The translations under genes and the position numbers were made by a program. This document shows positions 50,780 to 62,600 of a stretch of 64,000 nt of DNA, in pieces; position 1 is the stretch's first letter; every line of letters starts with the position of its first letter. The notes under the pieces are model-generated. The model was not told the origin of the DNA and did no database searches. It saw nothing but the letters and a program-made list of their open reading frames with translations. Source of the DNA: Mesotaenium endlicherianum (Eukaryota); NCBI GenBank assembly GCA_009602735.1, contig WELA01000805.1, positions 94,879 to 158,878 of the forward strand. The letters are read 5' to 3'.

Positions 50780-53329
50780 GTGAGAGACGACAGGAGTTCC
50801 CAAAAGAAACGTAAGTACGACATACACTCCAAGTCCTTTTGCTGAAGATTCTATGTTTGCGTGTTGTGGAGCTTCTGTTCTTCCCGAGTGGCCACTGTCT
50901 ATTGTGATTGAGTTCGGCATTGAGTGATCTGTGTACATTTCATATTTGCTTCCGCTGGCTGCTACACATCCTGCTGGCTTTTATCATGCAAGTGTTTGTG
51001 CAGCGTGATTCATAGTAAGTGCAGTGTGCATTTGATATGTGCCCCAGCTGGCTGCTATTGACCTCATTATATTTTATCTATAACTTTTGTGTTCTCTTAC
51101 TTATTTTTGTCCTTGTATTTTGAATCTGACTTGTGTAGTTTATTATACCTGTCTGCTCCTTAGCTTCTTACCTGCTAGTATGCTCGTTTGGTGTGTGCTA
51201 CCTGCACTCTTTTGAATATTTTTTTTGTGTGTCGAAAATTGCCTGTCCTTGCTGGTATGCAGACTCTTCTGGTGTGTTCTTTTTAATGTTTAATGCTTGC
51301 TGTTATCTTTCTGTCACCCTCTTTGTGTATATTATGTACTTGTATCCTCTTCTGCTTCATTCATTTCCAGTATATTGGCTGCTATTGTGTGTCAATTCTT
51401 ATTGGTGTGTGCTTCTATGCTCCTCAGCTGCTTGTATTTTATTTTGATATATGCTTACTGCACTCTTTGGCATACTTCTGTAGTGTCAACTGCGTGCTCT
51501 TACTGCTATGCAACCTCTTCTGTGTGCGCTCTCTGGTGTTTTTTGGTTGTCGTTGTCTTCTGTGCTGTTTCTTGCCAACTGCCTCTTTTTTCTTACATTT
51601 ATACTTGTTATGCCCTTTAGTGCTATTTTGGTCCAAGTCAGGCTAATTTTCTGTGCTCTAATGTGGAGAGGGAGCACTTGTTTCCTTTTTTGTCAGAAAA
51701 GCAACCTGCATTTGTATGCCCATTCCGTAGTGGGGAGCGCTCTAAGTGGCAGTATGTTACTTTCATACCTGACTCTACGGGTTCCAGGCACGGCAAGGTG
51801 AGGTGCAAGTTTTGTGATATGAAGACGTCGAGAGCGTGCACTAGAATCTGTCTCCACCCTGCTCAATTGAGGGGGCGGGGCATTGCTATATGTCCTAAGG
51901 TGGACCCAGATGTCGCTGAGCATTACGCAAAGGTCGTGCATGAAGGTGATTTGAAGAAGGTTTTGAAGCAGAAGCATGAAGATGAGCTGCGTTGCATCAG
52001 GGAGTTGCGCCACAAAGTTGCTATGGTTGATGTGTTAGCTGATAAGCATGGCATTGCTTCAGGTCCATTGAGTCAGGGTGGGAGCCAGACTACTCTTGAG
52101 GCTGCTTTCAATATTACCCATAGAGAATTTGCAGATCAAGCCATAGCTAGGTTTTCTTATGACAATGCATTGGCGTTTGATGTTGCCAATAGCTTATCTT
52201 GTTCAGAAGCTTTTAGAGCTGTCATGAAGGCTGGTCCTGGGTACATGCCTCCTAAGGTTGACCGCTTGAGAACTGTTCTGCTAGACAAAGAAGCTGCTGT
52301 TACAGATAAACAAGTGGAGCAATTCATCAAGAGGGCTAGAGTCAACAAGTTCACGATCACGTCAGACGGGTGGACGGACCATACAAAGAGGCCCCTTATC
52401 AACTTCATGGCTGCTTCACCCGAGGGCGAGCTCTTCCTCAAGGCCGTCAACACTGAGAATATGACCAAGAGTGCTGCCTACCTTGCTGCCTTATTTCGCG
52501 AGGTAATTGATCCACTTGGAGCAGACAACATCCTTCAGATTTGTACTGATTTAGCAGCTGTTTGCAAAGCTGCAGGTACAGTACTTTTACATATTCTCTT
52601 TGTGTGCATGTATGATGTGGACATGCTTCATGAATTGTAATGCTCATTTCTTTGTACTTTTATATTCTTTGGTCTTGTTGGCTGCTACATGTTTCGTACT
52701 GCCAACTGAAGCCTGGTATAGCAGCTGTCAGCCATGCAATTCTGTACTTGTTTGCTTCTTCTTGAAGTGCTTTAACAATTATGATCTATAATGCATGTTT
52801 GAGGAAGTGTTATGATTACAAAATTGCACAATAATATTGTACTTTGTAAGTACATGATGCTTATTGCATTTCATTGGTTAATTTATTGTATTGCAGGCAA
52901 ACTGATTGAAGTGGAGTATCCACACATTACATGGACCGTTTGCACTGCTCACGGTGTGGACCTTCTCTTGGAAGACATGGCCAAGGAAGCGTGGATCAAG
53001 GACCCGGTGGACAGAGGGAAGCAAGTGGTTGTCTACATCCGCAATCACCACAAGCCTCTTGCCCTCTTTCGGAAACAGTCATCTTTGGAGCTGAAGATGT
53101 GGTGTCAGACCCGCTTTTTGACAAGCATCATTATGCTTGGTTGCCTTTTTGAGGTAATGTTGGAGCCTATGACCTGGGAGCTCTTATATGCGTGTATTTC
53201 AGTAAGGGTGGGGGGCTGTTTCTAGTGCTCTTGTGGCTGTTGTCATGATCTTTGTTTTTTTGTACTTTGGCTGCTGTACAGGGGCTGTCATATGGTCTGC
53301 TTTATCTGCTTTTGTAGTTACTGTTCGTT

Positions 53330-53950
53330 TTTTAAGAGTCTTCATTTATACTCTTCTTGCTGCTGTTTGTGCCTCTTTGCTGGCTACTTTGTAGCTTTTT
53401 TTTTTGCTTTTGTGGATGTTGGCATGGGATTGGTTTGCCTGCTTTTGTAGGTGATGTCTTATTTTTCAATACTCTTTCATTGTGCTCTTATGGCTGCTCT
53501 TTAAGGCTCTCTGGTGGCTGCTTTCTCCCTTTTGTTTTTTCGACATTTATGGGTGTTGGCATGGGGCTGCTTTGCCTGCTTTGCCTGCTGGCTGCTTTGT
53601 TGCTTAGTTTTTTTTTGGCATTTATGGGTGTTGGCATAGGGCTGGTCTGCATGCTTCTGTAGGTTTTGTCTTCTGTTTCAGACTCCGTATTTGTGCTCTT
53701 CTAGCTGCTGTAGTGCCCCTCTGCTGGCTGCTTTCTTACTTTGGGTTTTTGGGCATGTATGGGTGTTGGCGTGGGGCTAGTTTGCCTGCGTCTGTTGGTG
53801 CTGTCTTCTTCTTTAAGACTCTTTATTTGTCCTCTTCTCGCTGATGTTTGTGCCCCTCTGCCGGCTGCTTCGTTGCTTTGTTTTTTGGCATATATGGGCG
53901 CTGGCATGGGGCTGGTTGCCTGTTTTTGTAGGTGCATTCATCTTTGTTAA
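53330..53950. repeat. Degenerate tandem repeats in a hAT-2 intron
   Basis: Recurring tgggtgttggcatggggctg.tttgcctgc and ctgctggctgcttt units. Confidence 0.65.
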
Positions 53951-55802
53951 GAGTCTTTATTTGTGCTCTCCTGGCTGCTATATATGCCACTGCTGCCTGC
54001 TCCCCTGTGCTATTATCATTTGTGACTGCTGACTATTTAAATATTTATTTGTGCTTGATATGCTCCTTGCAAGTGAAGCAGTCTTTGTAGGTGATGTTGC
54101 TTCGAGATTCTTGGAAAGAACATGTGAGGGAGCTCAGTTCAGCACAAAAGGACTGCCAGGCTGCAATGGCAGTTGTTGGTGATGAAGATTTCTGGGACAA
54201 GGTGGAGGTGCTGATGAAGGTGATCGAGAGGCTGGTGAAGCTTCTCCGAGGAGTTGATGGGAACTAAGCTGCCATGGGTCTTGTGTACAACGCTATGGCG
54301 GAGTTACAAGACTTCATCAAGGCGTTGGATGAGGACTTGGATGAGGAGCAGCTTGATAGGTTGGTGGAGATTGTCATGGTGAGGTGGGATTTTTCCCACT
54401 CACCTTTGCATGCTGCTGGGTACATGCTCCACCCTCTCTTTCAAGATCATGAGCAGCATACTAATGAGAAGGTTATGAAGGGGTGGTACTCTAGCCTTGC
54501 CAAGGTTGTTCCTGGTGTGGAGGAGCAGGATATTATTAGAGAGCAGTATGAGCAGTACAAGGGGAGAGTGGGTTTCAGTTTTAACAACCCTAAGGCAGAT
54601 AAGGAAGCAGAGTCCAAGTCTGGGGTATTTTGGTGGAAACGTTATGGTTCCAGCACTCCTCAATTGCAAAGCTTTGCAATTAAAGTTCTTGGTCTGGTGT
54701 CTTCTGCTAGTTCTTGTGAGAGGAATTGGTCTGAGTATAATTTCATTCACAACAAAAAAAGAAATTGTCTTAAGCAAGCTCGAGCTGAGAAATTGGTGAA
54801 GGTCCACTCACACCTCAGGCTCATTGAGGGAATGGAAAGGGGAGGGGTTAAAAGAGCTCCTGGCAAGCACATTGCACCAGTCTTTGAAGAAGAACTTGAA
54901 GCTGATGTGGTTTCTGAGGATGAGGGTATGTAAGCTATACCTTGTAGGTGGGAGTCGGGCTGAAGCTTGAAAGTAGGATTTCCCTTTTTTGTAGATAGCT
55001 GCTCTACTTTGTCGCTTTTTGGACCTTGTAATATCATCCTTGTCACATTGGCTGCAACTAGTATGCTCTCAGTTTTCAGTACATATTTTCTTTAGCATAC
55101 AGTATACATGATGCTTTCCATTGCTCCTATATTGGCTTTCATATTGAATATTAAATCCATGCAAAATTGTATAATGTTCACAACTCCATTGTCCTATTAA
55201 ATTCATTACAATTTTTTGTTATCGCTTTATAATTGGTGTATGCATATCTTGTGCTTTGCAATGACACAACTTATACAAGCTGTTCATTGAAACTATTGTG
55301 TTTGTGCTTCTAAGATGAGCCGAAAATTGAAGGCGTTGAGCTGTCCTGTCTGTTCTACTGTTGCATGCTTCATTTGTCAAAATATTGAGCACACTTTGTA
55401 TTTGCTGCAGCCTGCAACTGGCACATCTTTCAAATTTTCAATCTGAGTTGTGAACTATAAAATACTTAGGGGCTAGAGAAGCCCTATTGGAACATGAAAT
55501 GAAAACAGGGTTGCGCCGTTCGCTTGTTAGCTTAGTTCGCCAAGTGCGCAAGTTTGCTTAGTTTGGAATTCAAAAAAAAAAGCTTAGTTTGCCTAGTGCG
55601 CCAAGTCGCGACGGCGTCGACGTCATGTAGCTCCGACGTCAACGTCCGATGACGGTTGCACGTGTGAAACTCTACGTCATGTCAGGCAATTTTTTTGCTC
55701 AAAATGGCTGGTTTTTTTTTTAATGCGCTTTCGGAAGTTTTCGTCGCCAGCAGTACAGCGACAAGTCTCGAAAGGACGTTCACTCTTGGCACTCGTTTCG
55801 GT

Positions 55803-56045
55803 CGTCGGCGGATGGGCTTGAACCCCCGCCACTAGTTGCAGGGGGCGTCGACTTACGAAATAGCCACACAGGTTTGTTCACCCATTCAGTTTTTGACTTA
55901 AATCTAACAAAACGCAAGCTGCTCTTTAAGTTTGTATGGCAAAAACGTGGATCACGTCTGACGGGAGCAAGTACAATAATGCGAGCAGACGGGATTGAAC
56001 CCCCGCCACCGGTTGCAGTGAGCGCAGCTATACCGAAGGGCCATG
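55803..56045 (-). other. Two tandem tRNA-derived (Pol III promoter-like) segments
   Basis: B-boxes GGTTCAAGCCC and GGTTCAATCCC with upstream A-box-like TGGC..GG on the - strand; no full cloverleaf recognised. Confidence 0.5.
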
Positions 56046-56699
56046 AAGTGGTCTTTACAAATTTGGTGCTTTCTTTTTTAAAGTACCTTTAAGGACTTGG
56101 GAGAGAAGCTGGGAGTGGAAATTGGGAGGGCCGCTTAGCAGCGCCTTTTTTTGGTACTTCTTAACAACCTGACTAGTTCAGACATAAGATGTGAGAACAC
56201 TTCTTCATCATGTTTAAGACCAATAAGGTTAAGTAAAGCTAGTAAAAGCACTGATTCTCATAATCAGCATTCGCTTAAGAATTAAGAAGTACTTATTAAT
56301 TTCCTCTTTGTGTGAGAACATGCAATTTAGACTAACCAAAAAAATTGTTTAGAAAACACTGGGAGGGCTGCTTAGCAGAGCATATTTTTAGTGTTTCTCA
56401 TAAACTTAATTAATTCATACAAAAGGCTTAGGAGTATCTTTGCTTCTTCATTGAGTATAAAAAGCTGTAATAAACAAGTGTGAAGAAGATTAAGCCTTTT
56501 AACAAGCATGTATAAGAAGTAAGAAGTACTTACTAATGCGACGTTTAAGTGAGCGAAGGCTTAGTGAGAAAAAGTGAGTTTGACAATGATTTTGAGTACA
56601 GGCTAATTCTATGTACAAGCTAGTTGACAAACACTTCTACTATCTAGTAACCAATTGATCTTGGTCTTTTTCTTCCTGAAGCTGCAACACTAGGTCGCT

Positions 56700-58925
56700 C
56701 CTCCACCTCCTCTTCCTCTACCTTCTCTTCCTTGACTTCCATCTTCTCTTCCTCACTCAACGAGGCATGCATGGCAAGAATGAGACCCTCCTCTTCAGGT
56801 GTCTCCAAGAAATCCACTTCTTCAACCTATGGAGTCGCGCCGACACTTGGTCCAAGGAAGTCCAAACTCTTCTCCCGAAGTCTCAACATAGAATGCACGT
56901 ACACTAACTTCCTTGCTCTAGTAGGGAGCAGCCCATTGCGAAGTGGACTATGAACAAACCCGTACTCAAACCAATTTCTCTCGCATGCAGCTGCTCAACC
57001 AGGTTGCGACAATATTCTCATAGCAAGAAGCTGAAGATTAGGAGAATGACTTCCGTATGTTTCCCTCCACACGTGAGCAGGCATCATGGTCTTATTAGCC
57101 TTGCAAACATCATCGCCAAAAATGTCACCGCTCTGCCAGTAGAGCGCCAACTCTCGATCCACCAACGCTCGGTCTGCCACACCTCCTCCGACAAGGGTAT
57201 TCCGCACGTCAGACCAATTGGTCAGTAGACACTTCTCAACTGCCCAAGACTCATGGTCTTGGAACTCGGGGTCCAGATAGTATCCTGTAGCCACACAAAG
57301 TCAATAAGCAAACTCAATATATGATCAACAACACAATGCACTTAACACAAAAAAGAGAGCAATAACAATAACAAGCAAAATACAAATGACCAACACACAA
57401 TAACAAGCATGCGAGAGAACAGCAGCCGTCGAGCAAGAAAGGTGAGCAACAACAAAGCAGACTTTTACCCGCAGAATGTAGGGGGCTGTGAAGCTGCTCC
57501 TAGCGAGCCTTCACGTCCTTCTCAACTTGGGTTCTTTGTGTTGGTTTGAGTCCTTCAACCTCATGCATATGAATTTAAATGGCACTCATGCGAGCCCAGA
57601 TCTTCCCAAGAGAAGGTTGTGGAGAGTCGACTAGTCAAAGAAGAACTACGATCGGCTCACACACGGCTACCCATACCTTCACTCGCTCCCAAAGTTCATC
57701 GTCACGAACTAGGTCTCTAATCTCCGTAGCCTCACCTACACAACCGTTCTTTGCCGCCCACTCAAGCCACCTACTGTCAGACACCATAGCTTGTAAGGTA
57801 TCCCTCAAAACGATGAGTCTTTGCAAGCAAAGGAAGTTACTAGCAAACCTCGTGGGTCCTGGGTTCAACAACTCTAGTTTATTTTTTAGCCTCGCCCCAT
57901 GCTCACGGTAAATAGTGTGAGGGATGTTGTGATTTGCAACAAACTGGACCAAGTGCTTGAAGCTATCGATTATGCCCTCTAGCTCTTTTATCTTTCCTAG
58001 GTCTTTCAACAGCAGGTCCAAAACGTGAGCAGCACAAGTTGTCCAGTATATGTGCGGGTGCTTCTCGCGAACCACATTGCAGCAAGCTACAATGCTAGCT
58101 GCAGAGTCTGTGCAAAGCTGTACGACATGATCGGCGCCTATCTTCTCCACGGCGGCAAGCAGGTGGTTACCGATGTAGTCACCCGTTTTCCTTTCACCCT
58201 CAGTGTTGATAGCATCCATGAACATCTCAGTGCCTCCCACAACCATAAGCACATTAAAAAGAGGATGCCCGCATGGATCAATCCACCCATCTGCTACAAT
58301 GCTACAACCTGTCATTGGTAGCCTCTTCTTCTGTTTCTTCTCGCAAGCTTCTATCTTCAACACCTCTTTATCTGGTAGGGTACTTTCGAGCGGCTTATCC
58401 TTCATCAGAACATACACTACACCTGTTTCTTGGGTGTATTTACTGACTGCAACCAACATCTCGCTAAAGAACTCGCTTCGAGCGACATTAAATGATGAAC
58501 CCGTACCATAGAAGAAGCGAGCGACAATCTCATGGACAGCATCAGCATTCATGTTTTGGAATATGTCACTTATAGAGGTCTGTCTTGTCTCCCTGTCTAA
58601 GGAGGGGGAGCCATTAGCACCAGAACCCCATTCAAACACGCGCTTTCGTGCAACTTGCATGGCACTCTTACTACGTCACTTTCCCAAGACACCACTAGAC
58701 GAACCATTAAAACAAAGAATCATGACATCTAAAACCTCATCAGGAACCTCCTCACACTGACTAACATCCTTAAGTCCCCCCGTGAGATGGCCACGAATTC
58801 TGGTAGCCCAAGCGACAAACTCGTTGAAGCAATAGCTGCACTTGACCTTCGGATGTAAATCCTTTGTCTTGGCTTTCGCAACAATGGATACATGGGCCCA
58901 CTCTGGACCAGATTTTGCAGCAACT
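56700..58925 (-). pseudogene. hAT-3 transposase pseudogene
   Basis: BED finger KCSYC..RGHL..C, VADGW, CAAH, TRFAS, HSAG|YYLDP across intron 57468-57285, AACERNW; stops and frameshifts. Confidence 0.85.
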
Positions 58926-58934
58926 GCTCTGGCA

Positions 58935-59635
58935 AGAGCACAGCAGCAGCCAACCCGCCTCGGGCAAGAAGAAACACAATACAGGAGCGGCCAGCTGCGG
59001 CATCGAAGCCAGCCCGCCCCGAGCAAGAAGAATAAGGAGGATGGCCAGCTACAGCACTGCAAAAAGCCAGCCAGCCCCAAGCAAGCAAACAAACAGGGAC
59101 ACGGGGGCGGGCAGCTGCAGCACAGCAGCAGCCAGCCCGCCCCAGGCAAGCAAAAACACAATACAGGGGCGGCCAGCTGCGGCACTGCAGCAGCCAGCCC
59201 GCCCCGGGCAAGAAGAAACACAACAGAAGGGCGGCTAGCTGCATCACTGCAGCAAGCCAGCCAGCCCCAAGCAAGCAAACAAACAGGGACACAGGCGGCC
59301 AGCTGCAGCACAGCAGCAGCCAGCCCGCCCCAGACAAGCAGAAACACAATACAGAGGCGGCCAGCTGCGGCACTCCAGCAGCCAGCTTGCCCCGGGCAAG
59401 AAGAAACACAACAGGGGGGCGGCCAGCTGCAGCTCTTCAGCAAGTCAGCAAGCCCCAAGCAAGCAAACAAACAGGGACACGGGGGTGGGCAGCTGCAGCA
59501 CGGCAGCAGCCAGCTTGCCCCAAAAAAGCAGAAACACAATACAGGGGCAGCCAGCTGCGGCACTCAAGAAGCCAGCATGCCCCGGGCAAGATGAAACACA
59601 ACAGGGGGGCGGCAAGCTGCAGCACTGCAGCAAGC
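58935..59635. repeat. ~60-bp minisatellite (~12 copies), probably intronic in hAT-3
   Basis: Unit cagccagcccgccccgggcaagaagaaacacaatacaggggcggccagctgcggcactg with alternating variants. Confidence 0.9.
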
Positions 59636-59636
59636 T

Positions 59637-62600
59637 TATAAGATTATTAAAGTGTAGTTTGTATCTCTCTAGCATTTTATATGCACACAGTGTTATTCAA
59701 GAAAAACTTTGGCCTTTATTTCAAGTCATTCGGACAAGTATTGAGAAAGTTATGAATTCTGGGAGTTTTTTGTGAGTTTTCAGTATCACATATTCAATTT
59801 AGTAACAAGAACAAGTCCAGTGACGAACATTTCGGTTCGAGTCCAGAAAGTAGGACATTGAATCATGAGGGTTCCGAAACTACGTACTAGAGTGCCAAAG
59901 TGATTGTGAAAATTCTAGAAACTCCGTGAGGAGTTAGTGGATTGTGTAGTAGAATATTCTAGAGCATGATTGTGTGCGTGTGAGTGTGCTAGCCTGTCCA
60001 ACTAGGCAAGGTCACCTACATGGAAGGAGCCATAGGAGAAGGTTGTGGAGGTACCTTGCTAGGGAGGACACTTAAACTTATAGCATAAATGGGAAGCACA
60101 AAGAAGTGGAGGGAGTCTTGTCTTGCCTAGTCTAGTCTAGTGTAACCTTCTTATCTTGTACACGACTTTTCTTAAGAAAGTGATTTCTTTACCACTCCTC
60201 TCTCATGTAGCCCTCTAGCTCTTGCAAGGGTGGCATACCACCAGGCCACTTCACCTTATTGTATGCAACTAGGAAAGGTCCTCGTGCACGCTTCCACTCG
60301 CGGGTGAGGGTGCGTGAGTGTGTATGGGCGCACTCCCCGCACCCCTCTCCCCTTTCACATGGTATCGGAGCTACCTAGTTGCTTCATTTGGAGGAGGAGC
60401 TTTAGTTGGTGATGCTTGTAGGAGTGTAGAGAGGGTAGAGAGGAGAAGCAAGGAAAGTTGCAAAGGGCAGCCATGAAGATGTTGATGCAAGCTAGCATCT
60501 CACTCTCTTGAAGGAGGGAGGAGATGGGAAGAGAGAGGTGCTCCAAAAAACGCTAACTTGGATGCAACCAGATTTTTGTACGTCTTCTTTGTAGTGTGAG
60601 GAGGTTGCCCAAGCATGGAAGTGATATGAGTAATATAGAGCAGCCTTTGCTTGAGTATGGAGACATATAAGCATGAAAAAAATCTGGAGTTCACACGGCT
60701 GGATTTTTCCTTGAGGATGCAAGCTTTTTAATGTTAAGCTCTTTCTTTGAGGGGGGGGCTTAGCATAGAGGTGTTGGTGGCTAGAAGGAGTATGTGCCCA
60801 TCTTTATTGCAGGTTGTCAATGAAGGTGGAGAGGATAGTAAGAGTAGGCAACCGAGAACTTAGCAAGCATGTGTACTTGCAAGTCTAGGAGCTTTGGCGG
60901 GCATAGCACTCGCAATCTCAAGAGGAGCTCATGAGAAGCTCAAGAGAGGGTGCACCGGGGTGTTGCACCAAGTTGGCCAAGTATGTGGCCAGATGTGGGT
61001 TGCCTTGCATCACTCCTATGTAGCCACTGGTTATTTGAGGCCAGCCATGATGGAGCTTGGTACCTTGTATGGAGATTGAAAAAACCTCAAGTGAAGAGAA
61101 GCACCGTGGAGAAGGCTTAGAGCAAGAAGAAGTATTCCAGATTTTTCTTCAAAGAGGAGAGATGGAGATTGAGCCTTTCAAGTTCAAGTTTCTCTTTTCT
61201 TATGGAGGAGAGTACTACGTAGTATATGGAGTTGAGAACTATGATGAAGACAAGCCTATGGTGTGGAAGAAGAAGCAAGGTATGAAGTTGGTGCAAGAGA
61301 GCTAGTGCAAGAGATGTCTCCCACTTGAAGTGCGTGTGCAACTAGTTGTGTGATGGCATAGTTAAGGGGCAGATTTTGGTGCATCTATGGAAGCTCTTCA
61401 TGTGAAAGTAGAGCACCACGGCAAGCTGGGTTTAGTAGTAAGAAGTGTCATTGGGGTGACCAAGGCTAGAGTGCACTCAAGAAGCTAAGCATGTGGAAGG
61501 AGTTGTACAAGAAGAGTCGCAGATCCTCTAGTGCTTTAGTGCACGGGTCAAGTGATGACCGTAGAGGAGAAAGATCCAGTGAAGATAGTGAAATAGGTGG
61601 AGGTAGATAAGACCACAAGTAGCTATCTTCAGCCCGCTAGCAAAGAAGAGACGCGGGAAGGTGAAGGTGAAGGAGAAGCGCTTGTGTTGGTGACCTTGGC
61701 CTGGTCGCATGTAGCAAGCGTGCCTCCTAACAACCTTGGCGAGCGCGCATCGCCGGTGGAGCAAGTAGAGGTGTATGATCCCCTCGCTCATTTATGGAGC
61801 AGACCCCAACTGCTCAAATGGAGGAGCTCCTAGAAAGTGAGCTCAAGAGAAGCCCGCTTGCAAGACGACGTGTGTGCGTGCACAAGATGAGGTGCAAGCA
61901 CTAAGAGTATGTGCGTATGCCCAAGTTATGGAGCTCTTGGAGGCGTTCCAGATGTGTTTCTTGGAGCCTTGTGTGAAGGCTTACCTTCAAGAAGAGCCAG
62001 AGGTATGTGGGAGTGAGCATCTAGCCAAGAAGAAGACTATGATGGAGTTTGGTGCACCACGAGCGAGCCTACGCGCTCAAGCCTTGTGAAGACTACTATC
62101 GTCGCTTGATGGAGACTACAACTTAATGGATATGGACCTATGAGGAGGAGACCAAGTATAATGGGGCTGATATGTTCTGTCTAAGATGGAGATATATGAC
62201 AAAGACCTGGACATGAAGCTAGGAGAATCAGCGCCTATACAAGCAAGCACAAGAGAGGCGTAAAATCTGGATTTGGACACTCGAGTGGTAAGCGCCTTAC
62301 CTTCATGATGAGGGGGGGGAGTGTTATAGTTGTTTATAGTGCTTGTAAGTAAGGTCAAGCCAGTCCCATGAGTTCATATGTAACTAAGAGATGTGAAGTG
62401 GAAAGAAGATTGAGAGCAAGTGCTTGGAAGATACTCAAATCTGTCCATGTTTGAGGGTTTTACGGGTAGGCGAGCGCGAGAGTAAATGTTGGCAGATTTT
62501 GGCTACTTTTTGCCTACTTAGGAGAGAGTGGGTAATATTTTCACTAGAAGTCCTACATGATGTGAGAGGCCTAGTATGAGGCTTGCCCTGAGTCATAGTC

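Larger units (their letters stand above)
45259..54933 (+). pseudogene. Spliced hAT transposase pseudogene (hAT-2: BED zinc finger, DUF659-like, C-terminal dimerisation), exon 1 interrupted by element C
   Basis: Exons 45259-45344 + 50785-50810, 51697-52575, 52897-53153, 54073-54925. Motifs CKFC..H..C, TSDGW, CTAH, HSPLHAAGY, SSASSCERNWS. Stops at 54088 and 54265; acceptor before 54073 appears mutated (CAA). Confidence 0.85.
55506..59636 (-). mobile_element. hAT DNA transposon relic (hAT-3), interrupted at 59637 by element D
   Basis: CAGGG-starting end at 55506 followed by subterminal ttagtt(c/t)gc repeats; minus-strand transposase inside. Confidence 0.65.

Noticed and set aside
29176..55490. 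11-bp inverted match CCAATAGGGCT (29176 and 55480) as TIRs of one giant element
   Set aside because: Short match with no TSD, and the left copy lies inside hAT-1.
55803..56045. Functional tRNA genes
   Set aside because: No convincing acceptor or anticodon stems; kept only as tRNA-derived segments.
58676..59594. 250-295 aa ORFs over the minisatellite as novel repeat proteins
   Set aside because: Open in several frames on both strands because of repeat composition; only the BED-finger end is transposase.
58935..59635. Regular repeat array resembling CRISPR
   Set aside because: Units are contiguous degenerate tandem copies without unique spacers; no cas genes; eukaryotic TE context.
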